From the NCBI GenBank assembly GCA_001662655.1, contig KV460235.1: a DNA stretch of 58,837 nucleotides. One strand, written 5' to 3'. A program made the translations under genes and the position numbers. The DNA is from Pseudogymnoascus verrucosus. Taxonomy: Eukaryota. This document shows positions 12,631 through 24,006 of this stretch, one piece after another. The notes beneath the pieces are model-generated. The model was not told where the DNA came from. It saw nothing but the letters and a program-made list of their open reading frames with translations, and did not search any database. The first letter of the stretch is position 1, and every line of letters begins with the position of its first letter.

Positions 12631-13280
12631 CAAAAAGCTGACGACAACAAGTCACCTACCTCGTATGGGCATAGATGGATATATGGAGAACAAAATCGAC
12701 ACGATCAACGTACAACTAGAACACACCACCACACTTCTAAAACATCACACAGCCCGCTCTCTCCCACCCCGTCCCTCCCTCCCTCCTGGATAATTAGACA
12801 ACGAGGCTGAGCCATCGGTCGGTCATATCGGCCACATCGGCCACGACTCGTCCTCCTACGACCGCCGTCTCACAACACGTTCATCACTGCCTTCTCTATC
12901 CCATTCCCTGATTGACACGATTGACAGGACTGAGACAGAGCTGTGGTGGAAGGTGCTACCCATTAGAAAGTCACGTGCTTGCTGAGGGCGACGATGGTGG
13001 AGTGCGACCTACTCGGAACTCACGTGCATGTGCTTCCTAGAAGGGATAGTGAGAGCATGCATTCAATGCACAGAAGTCTCGTTATTGTAATGTGAGCACC
13101 AATTAGAACAATCCACAGGCCTAACGAAGCATCCACAAGCTTATAACAAAAGAGGGTATATATATAAATTATTAACTAGAAATAAGACGTATATATATGA
13201 ACATGAAGGTTAAGAATGGCGTTCAAAAACATGGGGAAAATCTATAGACATGAAGCATCGTGAGGACCACATCCACCCCC

Positions 13281-15061
13281 TCAACCCCTCCTCGCCTGCC
13301 AAACCTCCTCACTCCCCCTCCCTCCCTCCATCTTATAACTCTCCCCCCCCTCCGACTCCTCCTCCACATCCCCCACACTACTCGTCTTCGTCGCCCAAGC
13401 CTTCTGCACCCTAATCCCCCCCCCTCCGCCCTTCGCATCGCCATCCTCGCTCTTGAGTTCATACCCCTTATTGCTCGCCACCCCCAGTTTACTCGCCAGC
13501 TTGGAGTTCCGCGCAGCGCCCCACCCGCTTTGGGTGTTCTTGCTCTCGGCGTTGCTGGTGGGGAAGAGGGAGGGGAAGCACCGCACGATTAGGGGGCGCA
13601 GACACATTAGGGAGGCGCAGATTACGGCGACGTAGTCTTCGAGTACGGACCAGAGGATTACGTCGACGGCGCCGTCTGGTTGATGGGTTAGTTTTCTTGA
13701 TCAGTTTGATTCACGAAGGAATGTGACTTACACGTTACGTCGACGGAGGTTCCGTAGGCGACGAGGTATTTGAGGCGGATCATGCTGGTGATGCAAGCGC
13801 TGTAATCCCATCCATCATTAGCAAGCCGCGCAATGATAGTAAGGGGGGTGGGTAGCTGGACTCACAAAGACCCCAAAGCAAACAAAAACATCAACGCAAA
13901 CTTCTTCTTCGTATTCAGACTCAAATCCTTCAACTCCCAAATCGGCAACAACATAATCACAAAGTCCTCAAAGATACTAAACCCCGCCGCCGCATACACA
14001 AACGCCTGCGAGTTCGTGCACCGCCCCTTGATCGAGTGGTCCCACACCGATTGCACGGGCACGCATTGGAGGGTCACCACTAGTCCGAAGGCGACGGTGT
14101 GGCAGATCATCCAGGCTATGCAGATTCTGACGACGAGACGGAATTTTTGGGTTGGGAAGACGCGGAGGAAGAGGAAGAGGATGGAGAATTTGGCGAGGGC
14201 TTGGACGACGACGTAGAGGATTTGGGAGATGTAGTAGAGCTGTGACGGGTGGTAAGTAGGTGTTGGTAGAAATGGAATGCGACGCGGAATTGTATAGTAC
14301 CTTTTCGAGGAGCTCGAGGTTTTGGGGAGGGACGTCCCAGAAATGCTCGCCGAACCCGCGGGTGGCGTCTGGAGGATATGTTAGGGCCTTGGTATGAGCT
14401 TGTGTGGACGAGGGATGGTCTTACTGAATATCGGGATGACAGTCATGGGAATCATGATGATCTGTTTGGGCTTGTCAATAACTGTACTGTACTAGCAAGG
14501 CGACCGCTGTGCTGGAAAACTCACAGCTGCAAATGCGATGGTCCAGTCATCCCACCACAATTGGCTCGTTACGAGAGCGCGCGAGTAGAACCGCAGTCCG
14601 ATTATCACGAAGGTGAAGGCGGAGATGATGATAACGTCCCGTATAATCTCTCTGCTTCGCGATTCTTTCGGTACGCCATTGCAAATCTCAGTCTGCATGA
14701 GGGTTGAAGATTCTGTCAATGTTAGGTTCGAGGCTCGACGGCTTGTGTCAAGGGAATCATACTGGCTTGGTCGGCGAGACCGCATGATCCCACTACGCAG
14801 AGAGCAAATGTCGACTGTAAAGTGGTATTCGTGCAGAGACAGTTCGCCAGGTCCGTCAATGGGCAATTCGCTGGTATGAGCACTTTGACACCGCATTCTT
14901 GCTACAGAGAATGTAAATATATAATTGCCGAGGCACAGATATAGGCTGGGACTTACAGTGCACGCGGGGATCTGGGCAAGGACTTGCAGCGGATCAGTCT
15001 GTGCGATCACACCCGCGAAAAGAACAGCCACCACAGGCGCCAGAAAACCAAGAACGCGCAT
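13281..15061 (-). CDS. CFEM-domain PTH11-like integral membrane receptor
   Basis: Signal peptide; spliced 8-Cys CFEM (IPACT|QECG..ANCPLTDLANCLCTN..LCVVGSCG..EICNG); LRFYSR..LWWDDW, QCVPVQSVWD, EDFVIMLLPI..KKKFALMFLFALG, AQITAT/ICASL-type PTH11 motifs; ~7 introns. Confidence 0.88.
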
Positions 15062-16134
15062 GGCTGTAATTTTTCTGTCAAAAATGTGATGCTATCCAGA
15101 GAGGGCCGGCCGGGGGCGACCGTTGGTTCATATAATATCCAACGTCAGATTTCTTCCCACACCACGTTTTGACCGCGGCGCCCGCTTGTCAGCTGCGGTA
15201 CGGGCAGGACCCGAAGCGCTATGAATAATTTAGTAGGGTCGCTCACGGAGGCTACGGTCTCAGCCTAGGCCATTTCAATTCTTCGGACCGAAGTGAACGG
15301 CATCCAGACGCACTGTTGCGGACCCAGTAGCGGGCCATCATGGGCAACCTCCTAAAACTGCAGATGTGCCGCTGTTTGGTTGTTTGGTGGTGGGATTGTG
15401 GCGAGGGAAAAGGTGGGGGGGGCGTTGTTAGGGGTTTCCATATCCCCATATTTCCGCGGTGGTGGTGTGGATGCATGGGCGTGATGAGGGGGCGATCGAA
15501 GGGTTAATGGGGAAGGATAAACATGTTTAGTGAAAACAGTGGATATACGGATTCTCAAAGTTTCTCTCGAAAAAGCATTTAGGCCGAGCCGTTTTTCACT
15601 ACTCTAAGATGCTGTTGGCTCCAGTTACCCGTCTCCGGGGAGCGAGCCACTGCGGCTAGCGACGCAATAATTGCCTAGCTCGTCAGATGGTCGCTATCCA
15701 CAACGGAAATTGATACAGTAAGATGCACATTAAGATGCACTACTCAACCATTATTTACCCCTCTCCGAAACAACATGTGTTGCCCCCTTTTTATGCGCGG
15801 ATAGCCAAGGGATGTGTCGCGTGCTAACTGCGGGGTGGGCGCGGCTGGGAGTGGAGCGCCCGGGCTATAGTTCCTGGGCGCCCATTGTTTCTTCGGAGAC
15901 GAGTACTTGTAGCGGCGAGCGCCCACACTTTTTGCGAGACACTTCTGAATCAAAAGCCCTGAGAGCCAACTGTCATCGAGCCCCCTTAAAACCCCATGTC
16001 GAGCTGCCGTCCGCCACAGTCGACCCGTTTCCGATAGTTTGGGTTTTCGGGGGATGCGTCAAACCAAATGCGTGGGTAGACGAGTCAGTTGGTGGCGATT
16101 CAGTGGAATGGCGGGTTTAACTCCGTCGCGGAAT

Positions 16135-17154
16135 TCACGGTGAGGCGTGGGGGGGTGAATCGGTGGTGACTCTTGATGAGCTGGAGAGAGACGAGTCTAC
16201 GCCCAGTATATCGTTGCGGTCGGAGTGTTCGAACATGGCGATCGAGACATCTTCGCGGCGCATGTTGGGTGGCGGTTGGTTTTGGTGCATCAGCGGATTG
16301 GGATTGTTCGCATGGGTGATATCAGAGTTGACTTGAGAGGAGTCGACAAATTCGCTAACATCGATTTCGCCATTCGCTGGCTTACCACCGCGGCTGGCAA
16401 TGCGCACGAGCTTGCCGAGAACGAAGAATTCGAGTTTCAACTTGATGCTGTATATCAGGCCCTTGAGCGTTGTTTGGTAGGTGAACAGGTTCGAGTATTG
16501 TGTGGCGATGAGACCGATGTCCATGAGGATGAACAATAAGTTGATGCCGAAAAGTTGGAAGAGAATGCTTCGGTTCTCTCCCTCTTTGTTATACTTCAAC
16601 AACTCTCTCGTCCCGTATATGTAAAGGCTTGATATGATGATCTCCTGTACGCTAACACCTATTATCTCAATCTTCTCCATGATGATATAGCCATTCAGGA
16701 ATTTTTGGGAGCTCGTGAAGTTGGAACCATATGTGAGAACGGTCGTCGGAATTAAAAGCAGGAATATGTTCGCGATGATCATACCAAGGACAAAGCGGAA
16801 GATCCTCTTATCCCAGATGACAAAATGCAGTCTGGAATACAGAACGAATGACTGGCCAATAATCATTGTCCACCATCCAATAGTTGTGATAGTGATCGGC
16901 ACCCATGTTGCTGTCGTGAGTTCGAAATCCTTAATCAGGAAGCCGATAGAGTGCACCAGAACTCCTATTGTGGTTGTAATCAGCAGGCTCCAGAAATAAG
17001 CCCCTTGATACTTTTTGAAGGTGCACAATATGAGGATAATTAGCTCGATGCAATTGTACCAAGTAACCCCTATGAAGGCCCCAAGAGTAGCAATAACACC
17101 CCTACTGTTGCCCGTGTACCCTCCTCGAATCCCCGCTTCCGCGCCCGAGGTCAT
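16135..17154 (-). CDS. Multi-pass (about 7 TM) integral membrane protein, fungal DUF7703-like
   Basis: Intronless ORF from ATG 17154; YNCIEL..YFWSLL..GQSFVLYSRLH..MEKIE..QEIIISSLY..YSIKLKLEFFVLGKL family pattern. Confidence 0.8.
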   Translation of the reverse strand: MTSGAEAGIRGGYTGNSRGVIATLGAFIGVTWYNCIELIILILCTFKKYQGAYFWSLLITTTIGVLVHSIGFLIKDFELTTATWVPITITTIGWWTMIIGQSFVLYSRLHFVIWDKRIFRFVLGMIIANIFLLLIPTTVLTYGSNFTSSQKFLNGYIIMEKIEIIGVSVQEIIISSLYIYGTRELLKYNKEGENRSILFQLFGINLLFILMDIGLIATQYSNLFTYQTTLKGLIYSIKLKLEFFVLGKLVRIASRGGKPANGEIDVSEFVDSSQVNSDITHANNPNPLMHQNQPPPNMRREDVSIAMFEHSDRNDILGVDSSLSSSSRVTTDSPPHASP

Positions 17155-18898
17155 TTCAGAGGCAGGATTGAACCATCGGTCATAGGGTGCGGGCAGGAAG
17201 ATTGGATGGAGTAGGCTGTGAGCGCTGCGTAGCTCGAGAGCAGCGAGCGCAGTTGTTTCAAAGCTTTGAGATTGAGGCTGGTTATTCAGACGAAAATATT
17301 CGTCCCCCCGCACAATATTCAGTCAGTGGTGGGTGTCGTCATTGGTGCCTCCCACCTTTTAGCAAGAAACGGAACGGAATAATGTCATCGGGACCCCGAA
17401 ATATCTAGAGTGCTTTGTATGGTACCAATGCTCACTAATCGGGGAAAGCTATATTTATTGCGTAGAGTACCATGGACTCTAAAGCGGAGCTATATGCTTA
17501 GATTTGTCAATTAAATTTCATAGTCAACTAACTAAACGACGGCCGATGATTTGACAGCGCCGTATCCAGACCCCCTCATCCATCATCGTCCAAGACGTAT
17601 TTCAGTCACGTGAATGTCCATCTCATGATGTTAAGGAAAATGTATGGTTGAGCCGTTAATTAGATAGCTATATCTGAATTCGATTGATCGTTTAAATCTA
17701 CTCTCTCTGTGATGTGCCTGACGACTGTTTCACGTGCTTAATTACTATAGAATATGTTCAGGCTCACTCACCCATTCGCCAACGAACTACACGAACCAAC
17801 ACGAACCAGGCACACCAGGTTGGTGGTTGGGCCGGAACAATATAATCCCAGACCCTTACCTCCTGCACATAGAACCCAACATATCCCTTGCTACATATAT
17901 GCACGCCCTCAATGAACCAACAATGAATCCTTTATGCTAGAGCTCGGTCCCCCCGAAGGGCCTTCCCGGCTCGGCATATTCTAGCTAGCATTTGTTTGCT
18001 TTTCAAAGGTCTGCATTAAGATTACGTATTGAACGAGACATTAGTGATCTGAGCCCTCAAGAAGGCTTGTTGATCACACCATGACGAGCCAGCCATTGAT
18101 GTGATAAGCGATGCTGTGTTGGAAACATCCGCATCGAGCTTATGTGATAGCGACCCTAGACGCTAGATTCGGGGAACAGGTTCGGAATTACGTTGCCCCA
18201 AAGCCTCCTCGCTCTTACTACTGGCAGCAACAGGGCAAGTACAATGTATGCCTAACTTCAGGCATTAGCCGCAAGGATTAATACTGTTGCGCATCAGACT
18301 ATACCTCGAAAGAACTACAATGCAGCTCGAAGGGTATATACGCGCATATCCAACCCATGGCGCAGCTCCTTGTTTGTGGCTGTCGTCTCGCAATCCCAGC
18401 CGGGGTACTTGAGAACCCGTCCATTACGGCTGAATGTCAGGCGTATTCTACAGAAATTCCACTGGCACAGTTCCCAGCACCATCGTAGCGCCAGTTAATG
18501 TGCAATTGAAGTTATGGACGTCGCCGATTCAATGCCTCGTTTCCTGTATATTCTTCGGCGCGGACCCGGTTCTATATTTAAGAGCGGCTCGGGTACGGGA
18601 AGCCTCCCGATCCCAAGCAATCGCCGCTGGGCTGCGAGGACTTCAGGACGCTATTCTGCTTGGCAGAGTGGCTTGGGCCTACTACAGGGGGTGCCATTCT
18701 GTTGGTATCGCTGGGTGCTGCGGGGGATGTGTGCGCCAGTTCGTCCCAGCCCCCCTCCGAGTCGAGGGTATACAAATGCTTTCCATATCGTGAGGTTAGT
18801 TCTTCTGTCGATACTCTATGTTAATACTCAGATAATCCGTCGAGTGAATTTAATCCCATTTTATTGAAATCAAATTGGCCTGTTATAACATCGTCGAT

Positions 18899-21190
18899 AT
18901 GGAGGCCGTAACCACACCTATCAAGAGCGGCACTGATACAACTACGGAGCCAATATGGACATCCGAATCCGTCATATCGACTGAGAGGATGCCGCAAGGC
19001 GATAATATTATCTCCCCTGCAGACGGTCCCTTCACCCCAAGTCGCCGACGAATAAGTAGTACGCTTTCGACCGGTTCAAGCAATACCAGCACATCATCGA
19101 CCTTCTCAAGCCAGCTCAATGACTACTCTAGTAGCGTGGGAACACCTCTCACACCTCCATCGACTGAAGATGCAGAGTCCAAGGGGCAGAATCCCTTACA
19201 ATGGGAAGCTAATTCGAAGGAAAAGGATTCCGAACAATCGACTGGGGAGATACTTCAAAGCGAAAAATTTGAAGGAAACAGAGGTGCGGATCAACGTCAC
19301 TCAACCCCGCAGCCGGAAAATGGCGTTATTGAGTTCGGATCCGGTTTGGTGTATGGCCATAAATTCAGTTTGGTGGTCGCCATGGGTTATAAGTCATCGA
19401 CGGCTAAGAATGTGAGCGGGCAGGATCTTAACACGGAGGCTGAGCAGCATTTCCTGAAACCCGGGGAGCCAGACGTTGCGAGCAACGGCAGCGAAACACA
19501 CCCAGAAACTGAGGATGGGACACTGGAAGACTCTCGTTCATCGAGGAAAGCCAGAATAGATGGTGCTTCTTTAATTCCTACGGGGTCACTTTCCGATGAT
19601 GCCCAGGTGCATTTAGTCAATGGTCCACCCCTGATACCAATCGCTATACCTACCACCAGACCTCCAAGTCGCGACTCATCTTTCAACAGACCCGCAACCC
19701 CATCTCCGAAAGCTAGCCTAGAGACAACAGCTAGCTTAATTACTTCGCGAGAAGTTGAAGTTGTAGGCTCTCTTTCTGACAATACTGCTGTGCCATCGCA
19801 TAATGCGGGAAATGGAACGCCCGAGGAACCAAATACAACACCCGAGGAACCCAAGACAACGTCCGAGGACCTAAAGACAACGCCTGAGAAACTGACAACG
19901 CCTGAGAAACTAAAGGTAACATCGAATAAATTAAAGAGAACGCGCAATAAATCACCATCACAGAGTGCGCGCCGGCAATCAGCGAGGCTTCTCCATAATG
20001 CGGGAAATGGAACGCCCGAGGAACCAAAGGGCGAGGAACTAAAGACAATGTCTGTGGAGCCAAAGACAACGCCCGAGAACCCAAAAGTAATACCTAATAA
20101 ATCAAAGAGAACGCGCAATAAATCAACCCCACAGAGTAAGCGCCAGCAATCAGGGAGGCTTCTCCAAAAAAATCAAGTTACGATCAACGCTAGTGCAACT
20201 ACTGATCCGAATGTCGAAGAGTCAGATTTACCTCTTAATGTCAATGAAAAGCCATCGTCGCAGAATTTGGGGAAACAGATGCGTGGTTTAGATGAACGTG
20301 AAGCTATTCCAGATGAATATCTGGCGTCAACGACAGACGGTCGAGCGCCAGGCCCTAGGGGTCGAGAACCAGCTGAGGCAGCTGAGGTTGTGCAACCCTC
20401 AATCGAGGTCGGTGAGAAGCCAGACGCGGATACTACGGAGAGGGCCGGCAGTATACAATTTAAGCAGCACGGGGAGACAAAGTCGCCTAGCGAAATCAAA
20501 GCTGAAATACTCAGAATCATCCACAAGGGAGATAAAGAGGACAAACAAGGCTTCGTATACATCTACAAGGTGGAAGGTTCTAATGGACACGTTAAGATCG
20601 GAAAGTCAAGGCAGAAGCATGGGAAACGTCTCATGCAGTGGAATGGACTATGTAAATTGAAACCCGAGCGCATATGTGATCCTAACCACAGAAGACTCCA
20701 GTATTATGGGATGGTCGAGGAACTCGCGCAAATGGAATTATCGAATGAGAGAAAGACATACCAGTGCGACGTATGCCGGAAAATGGATGGTAAGTCACCA
20801 AAAGAGCATAAGGAGTGGTTCAAAGTAACGGAGAAACATGCGCTGGAAGTCGTCGAGAGGTGGCGCGGGTGGCTTGTTCAACACCAACCCTACGGGTTGG
20901 ATGGAACCCTTCTCGATATCTGGGAATGGAAGCATAATAAACTATCAAAGGCCAACACGGTTGACTTTAAGGAGTGGGTTATATTGACGCGGTCTGACGA
21001 GTATGCCTATGCCTGGCATAGAATTGACGGTCACCTTCAAAAAGAGCTCAAAAAGCCGATATTACGATCCTCACTAGCCATCAACGCAGCACTCGTTGCT
21101 GTCACATTGATCTGGTGTGAATCGGGCGCGTTTTTGGCATCGTGTTTTGTGATGGTTATCCTATTTATGTTTTTGAAGTATTCTTCTTAA
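18899..21190 (+). CDS. T5orf172 (GIY-YIG/MUG113-like) domain protein with long disordered N-terminus and C-terminal membrane anchor
   Basis: GFVYIY..HVKIGKS..KRL.QW..C..VEEL..EL..CDVC..HKEWF; C-terminal hydrophobic AINAALVAVTLIWC..FLASCFVMVILFMFL; intronless ~763 aa. Confidence 0.82.
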   Translation: MEAVTTPIKSGTDTTTEPIWTSESVISTERMPQGDNIISPADGPFTPSRRRISSTLSTGSSNTSTSSTFSSQLNDYSSSVGTPLTPPSTEDAESKGQNPLQWEANSKEKDSEQSTGEILQSEKFEGNRGADQRHSTPQPENGVIEFGSGLVYGHKFSLVVAMGYKSSTAKNVSGQDLNTEAEQHFLKPGEPDVASNGSETHPETEDGTLEDSRSSRKARIDGASLIPTGSLSDDAQVHLVNGPPLIPIAIPTTRPPSRDSSFNRPATPSPKASLETTASLITSREVEVVGSLSDNTAVPSHNAGNGTPEEPNTTPEEPKTTSEDLKTTPEKLTTPEKLKVTSNKLKRTRNKSPSQSARRQSARLLHNAGNGTPEEPKGEELKTMSVEPKTTPENPKVIPNKSKRTRNKSTPQSKRQQSGRLLQKNQVTINASATTDPNVEESDLPLNVNEKPSSQNLGKQMRGLDEREAIPDEYLASTTDGRAPGPRGREPAEAAEVVQPSIEVGEKPDADTTERAGSIQFKQHGETKSPSEIKAEILRIIHKGDKEDKQGFVYIYKVEGSNGHVKIGKSRQKHGKRLMQWNGLCKLKPERICDPNHRRLQYYGMVEELAQMELSNERKTYQCDVCRKMDGKSPKEHKEWFKVTEKHALEVVERWRGWLVQHQPYGLDGTLLDIWEWKHNKLSKANTVDFKEWVILTRSDEYAYAWHRIDGHLQKELKKPILRSSLAINAALVAVTLIWCESGAFLASCFVMVILFMFLKYSS
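19799..20166 (+). repeat. Intragenic tandem duplication (~195 nt unit) containing 18-21 nt TTPE/EPK micro-repeats
   Basis: CATAATGCGGGAAATGGAACGCCCGAGGAACCAAA at 19799 and 19994; KRTRNKS..Q..RQ.S.RLL twice. Confidence 0.9.
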
Positions 21191-21354
21191 TCTATATTAT
21201 TTGTCTGGGTTTAATAATAATATATTTTGCCAATATACTTTGGACCTTGGGATATCGAAGATTAACAGCAAAGAACAATGGAGCGGCTAAAGGTTGATTT
21301 TTAGCTAGCCAAACAATTGAAGTGCAATCAAGTTATAACGAAGCGTTCATCCCA

Positions 21355-22302
21355 TTATTTACTCATCCAAGTAACCGCCAACTTGGACTCATGCTCCTTT
21401 GCAATGATATGCCCATACAACTCCGGCCTCCTTGCCTTCCTATACCGGAATCCCCCGGCCATCTCCAGCTTCTCCCGCGAGCATACCGCCACTGCCATCG
21501 CCTCGCCAAGTTCGCGGCACTCAGCAACCACATCCCCAAACGGATCCAGCACCATCGAGCACCCGTTCTTCAGCTGGTCGTCATCCATTCCAATGGGATT
21601 GCTGAACACAGCATAGATTGCACTGTCATATGCCCTTGCCGGAAGCCATTTCATCAGCCAGGCCCGCCCCTTTAACCCATCGAATTCCGCGCGCAGGCTC
21701 GTGGGGTCCCGCTCTCGATTCTGCCACAGCTGGTGGTCCACGAACCCGGCCCCGGGGCGTGTAGATGGCGTGCACATCGTGACGTGGGGCATGAAGATTA
21801 TCTCAGCACCGAGAAGAGCAGTAGCGCGCACGTTTTCAGTTACGTTATTGTCGTAGCAGATGAGGATTCCGGCCTTCCATCCCAAGAGGTCGAAGACGAC
21901 GTACTCGTTGCCTGGAGCTAGGTACTCAGAGATGAATGGATGGATTTTGCGGAAGCTTGCAAGAACACCGTTTCCATCAACGCAGACATATGTGTTGTAT
22001 ATGTTGTCATTGGAGTCTCGCTCAAATAGGCCAGCCAGCACTATGATTTTGTAGTTTGAGGCAATCTCAACAAGGGCTTTGATGCTGGGGCCTTCTGGGA
22101 TTGACTCAGCCACAGAAAGTAGCTCACTGCGCGAAAGCTTGCTAGCAAAGGTATATCCGGTTATAGAGCATTCGTGGAAAGCAACCACATCGCAGCCTCG
22201 AGCGGCTGCCTCTTCTGACAAGCGGCGGATGGTGGCAAGGTTCTTCCCTTTGTCGCCGGAGGCGTTTTCGAACTGTACTGTAGCAATTTTAAGGTCGGCC
22301 AT
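21355..22302 (-). CDS. Nitrilase-superfamily carbon-nitrogen hydrolase, intronless, bacterial-type
   Basis: MADLKIATVQFE..FHECSITGY (Glu)..FRKIHPF (Lys)..ILICYDNN (Cys)..PARAYD..DPFG..RRPELY. Confidence 0.92.
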   Translation of the reverse strand: MADLKIATVQFENASGDKGKNLATIRRLSEEAAARGCDVVAFHECSITGYTFASKLSRSELLSVAESIPEGPSIKALVEIASNYKIIVLAGLFERDSNDNIYNTYVCVDGNGVLASFRKIHPFISEYLAPGNEYVVFDLLGWKAGILICYDNNVTENVRATALLGAEIIFMPHVTMCTPSTRPGAGFVDHQLWQNRERDPTSLRAEFDGLKGRAWLMKWLPARAYDSAIYAVFSNPIGMDDDQLKNGCSMVLDPFGDVVAECRELGEAMAVAVCSREKLEMAGGFRYRKARRPELYGHIIAKEHESKLAVTWMSK

Positions 22303-22689
22303 GCTGTCGACGTGCTTCTTCTTTCGTGGGGTAGCTTTGCACAACAATCACTGCAATAAGGAAACACTTAATGGCGATAAAATTATATTGTGGCCTTTCA
22401 GAAGTTGATGTTTATTGGAGATACAATAGTATAATTCGCCTGTACATTCCCCAAACAACCCCGCGATTTGTAATCGGGGATATTTAGTGTGGTAGAATTA
22501 AGGTGTGGACTGTGCTTGCCTTGCCAGAACTCCATTATACGATATACGGGCACGATCATGAATATTGGTGGCCTTCGTGGGGCGGAAGTGTTGCGGATGT
22601 GGCCGTTTGGAAACGACGGGACGCTGCCACCGAACGCCACCTACGTATATTTTCCCGCCCAGCCGCGCAATAGGCCCACCACCCAATAC

Positions 22690-22980
22690 CTACTGTATTA
22701 TAAGATAATTTAAGAAGGTATCAGATATATAAACCCTATTATATAGAATTTAACTTCTAGGTCATATTTTTGTAAAATATACTTAACTTAACATTAATAT
22801 AATACCCGTTTGATTTTTAAGCACACTATGGAACATGTATAGATTTAATATAATATCACAAATAAATAAAATCCGAATAAGGAAGTTATTAAGAGGTGTC
22901 TAAGATATGTACGCCTGATATAATTTATAAGTACTGAGGCTATGAATTCTAAAATATTAACTTATTTATGCCCATATAGC
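22690..22980. other. AT/TpA-rich tract, possibly RIP-degraded repeat relic
   Basis: Abrupt AT enrichment with abundant TA dinucleotides, no ORF. Confidence 0.4.
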
Positions 22981-23273
22981 CGTCTTATCTGCATCCCACG
23001 ATTCCTATTGTAGTAAATATACTCGCCAAGCCAACAAAAGACCAGCGAAGAGATGATAGAGTGATATTCCTAAACTAGAGCCCCATTCTTGAACGCGTCT
23101 ACGCGTTCCCATGCATATCATTGAAACCAGGGAAATTTTGGTCTACGTTTGTCAATAAATCAGAGAGCCCACCGAAAACAGAAGGCAAGCTTCGCACAAC
23201 CTTTTGAGTCCACCAAAGCTCGTTTTACTCTTAAGCACACAAAGCTATTCGTTAGTTTATCCCAACTCAAACC

Positions 23274-24006
23274 ATGAACTTTCAATCAAAAACAATCCCC
23301 AGCCCGGGAAATCTTCCCAATGCCCGAGCCGATGTCCTTCGCATGTATCAGGTCTCAAGTCAGGGGGGTGGTTATTGTGCCTACCGAAGTGGGCTATGGA
23401 TTGATGGGTACATCCACGGAGGCGATAGAGAGGGCCTTCGCTGCTGCGAAGCCGCGTTAATCAGGCCAGGCCCGGGTTTTATATGCGACATACGAATTGC
23501 ATCGGGCACTCCATCTCCTTGACGAGAAGAGGTTCAAAATGACACGCGTGCTAGTTAAAGAACTGGACACGAGTCGAATTGTTGTTGCGCCATGCGATAA
23601 CAACCATCATCTCCCCCAAGCTTTATCCCTAGAGACCCTGTCTAAGATCACCAAAGACGGTACTATCGCTATATTCATTAGTAGCAGTTTACTCTTGAAA
23701 GAGATCTGCAGGCTTAATTATGATTCAGGCCAGCTTATGGTAGGGTCTAGCGCAAACTTGTCAGGTGGCGGACAGAAGTTTCACGTTGGGGATATCGAGG
23801 ATAGAGTCAAAGACGCCGTGAATTTGATTGTTGACTATGGTCTTCAACGCTACCATATATATATAAGGGCCTCTCTCATCATGGATTTTGGCCAGATGAA
23901 GGTTTTACGAGTGGGGTCCTGTTATGAGCTGTTCCCCGAGCGCATGCTAAAATTTTGGGGTGTGGACTTGCCCGAAGACCCTCATTATAAGACTGATCAA
24001 ACATAA
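23274..24006 (+). pseudogene. Sua5/YrdC/YciO-family pseudogene
   Basis: MNFQSKTIP..; frameshift near 23351-23370 into VVIVPTEVGYGL; in-frame TAA at 23458-23460; continues GSSANLSG..LIVDYGL..KVLRVGSCYE. Confidence 0.8.
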
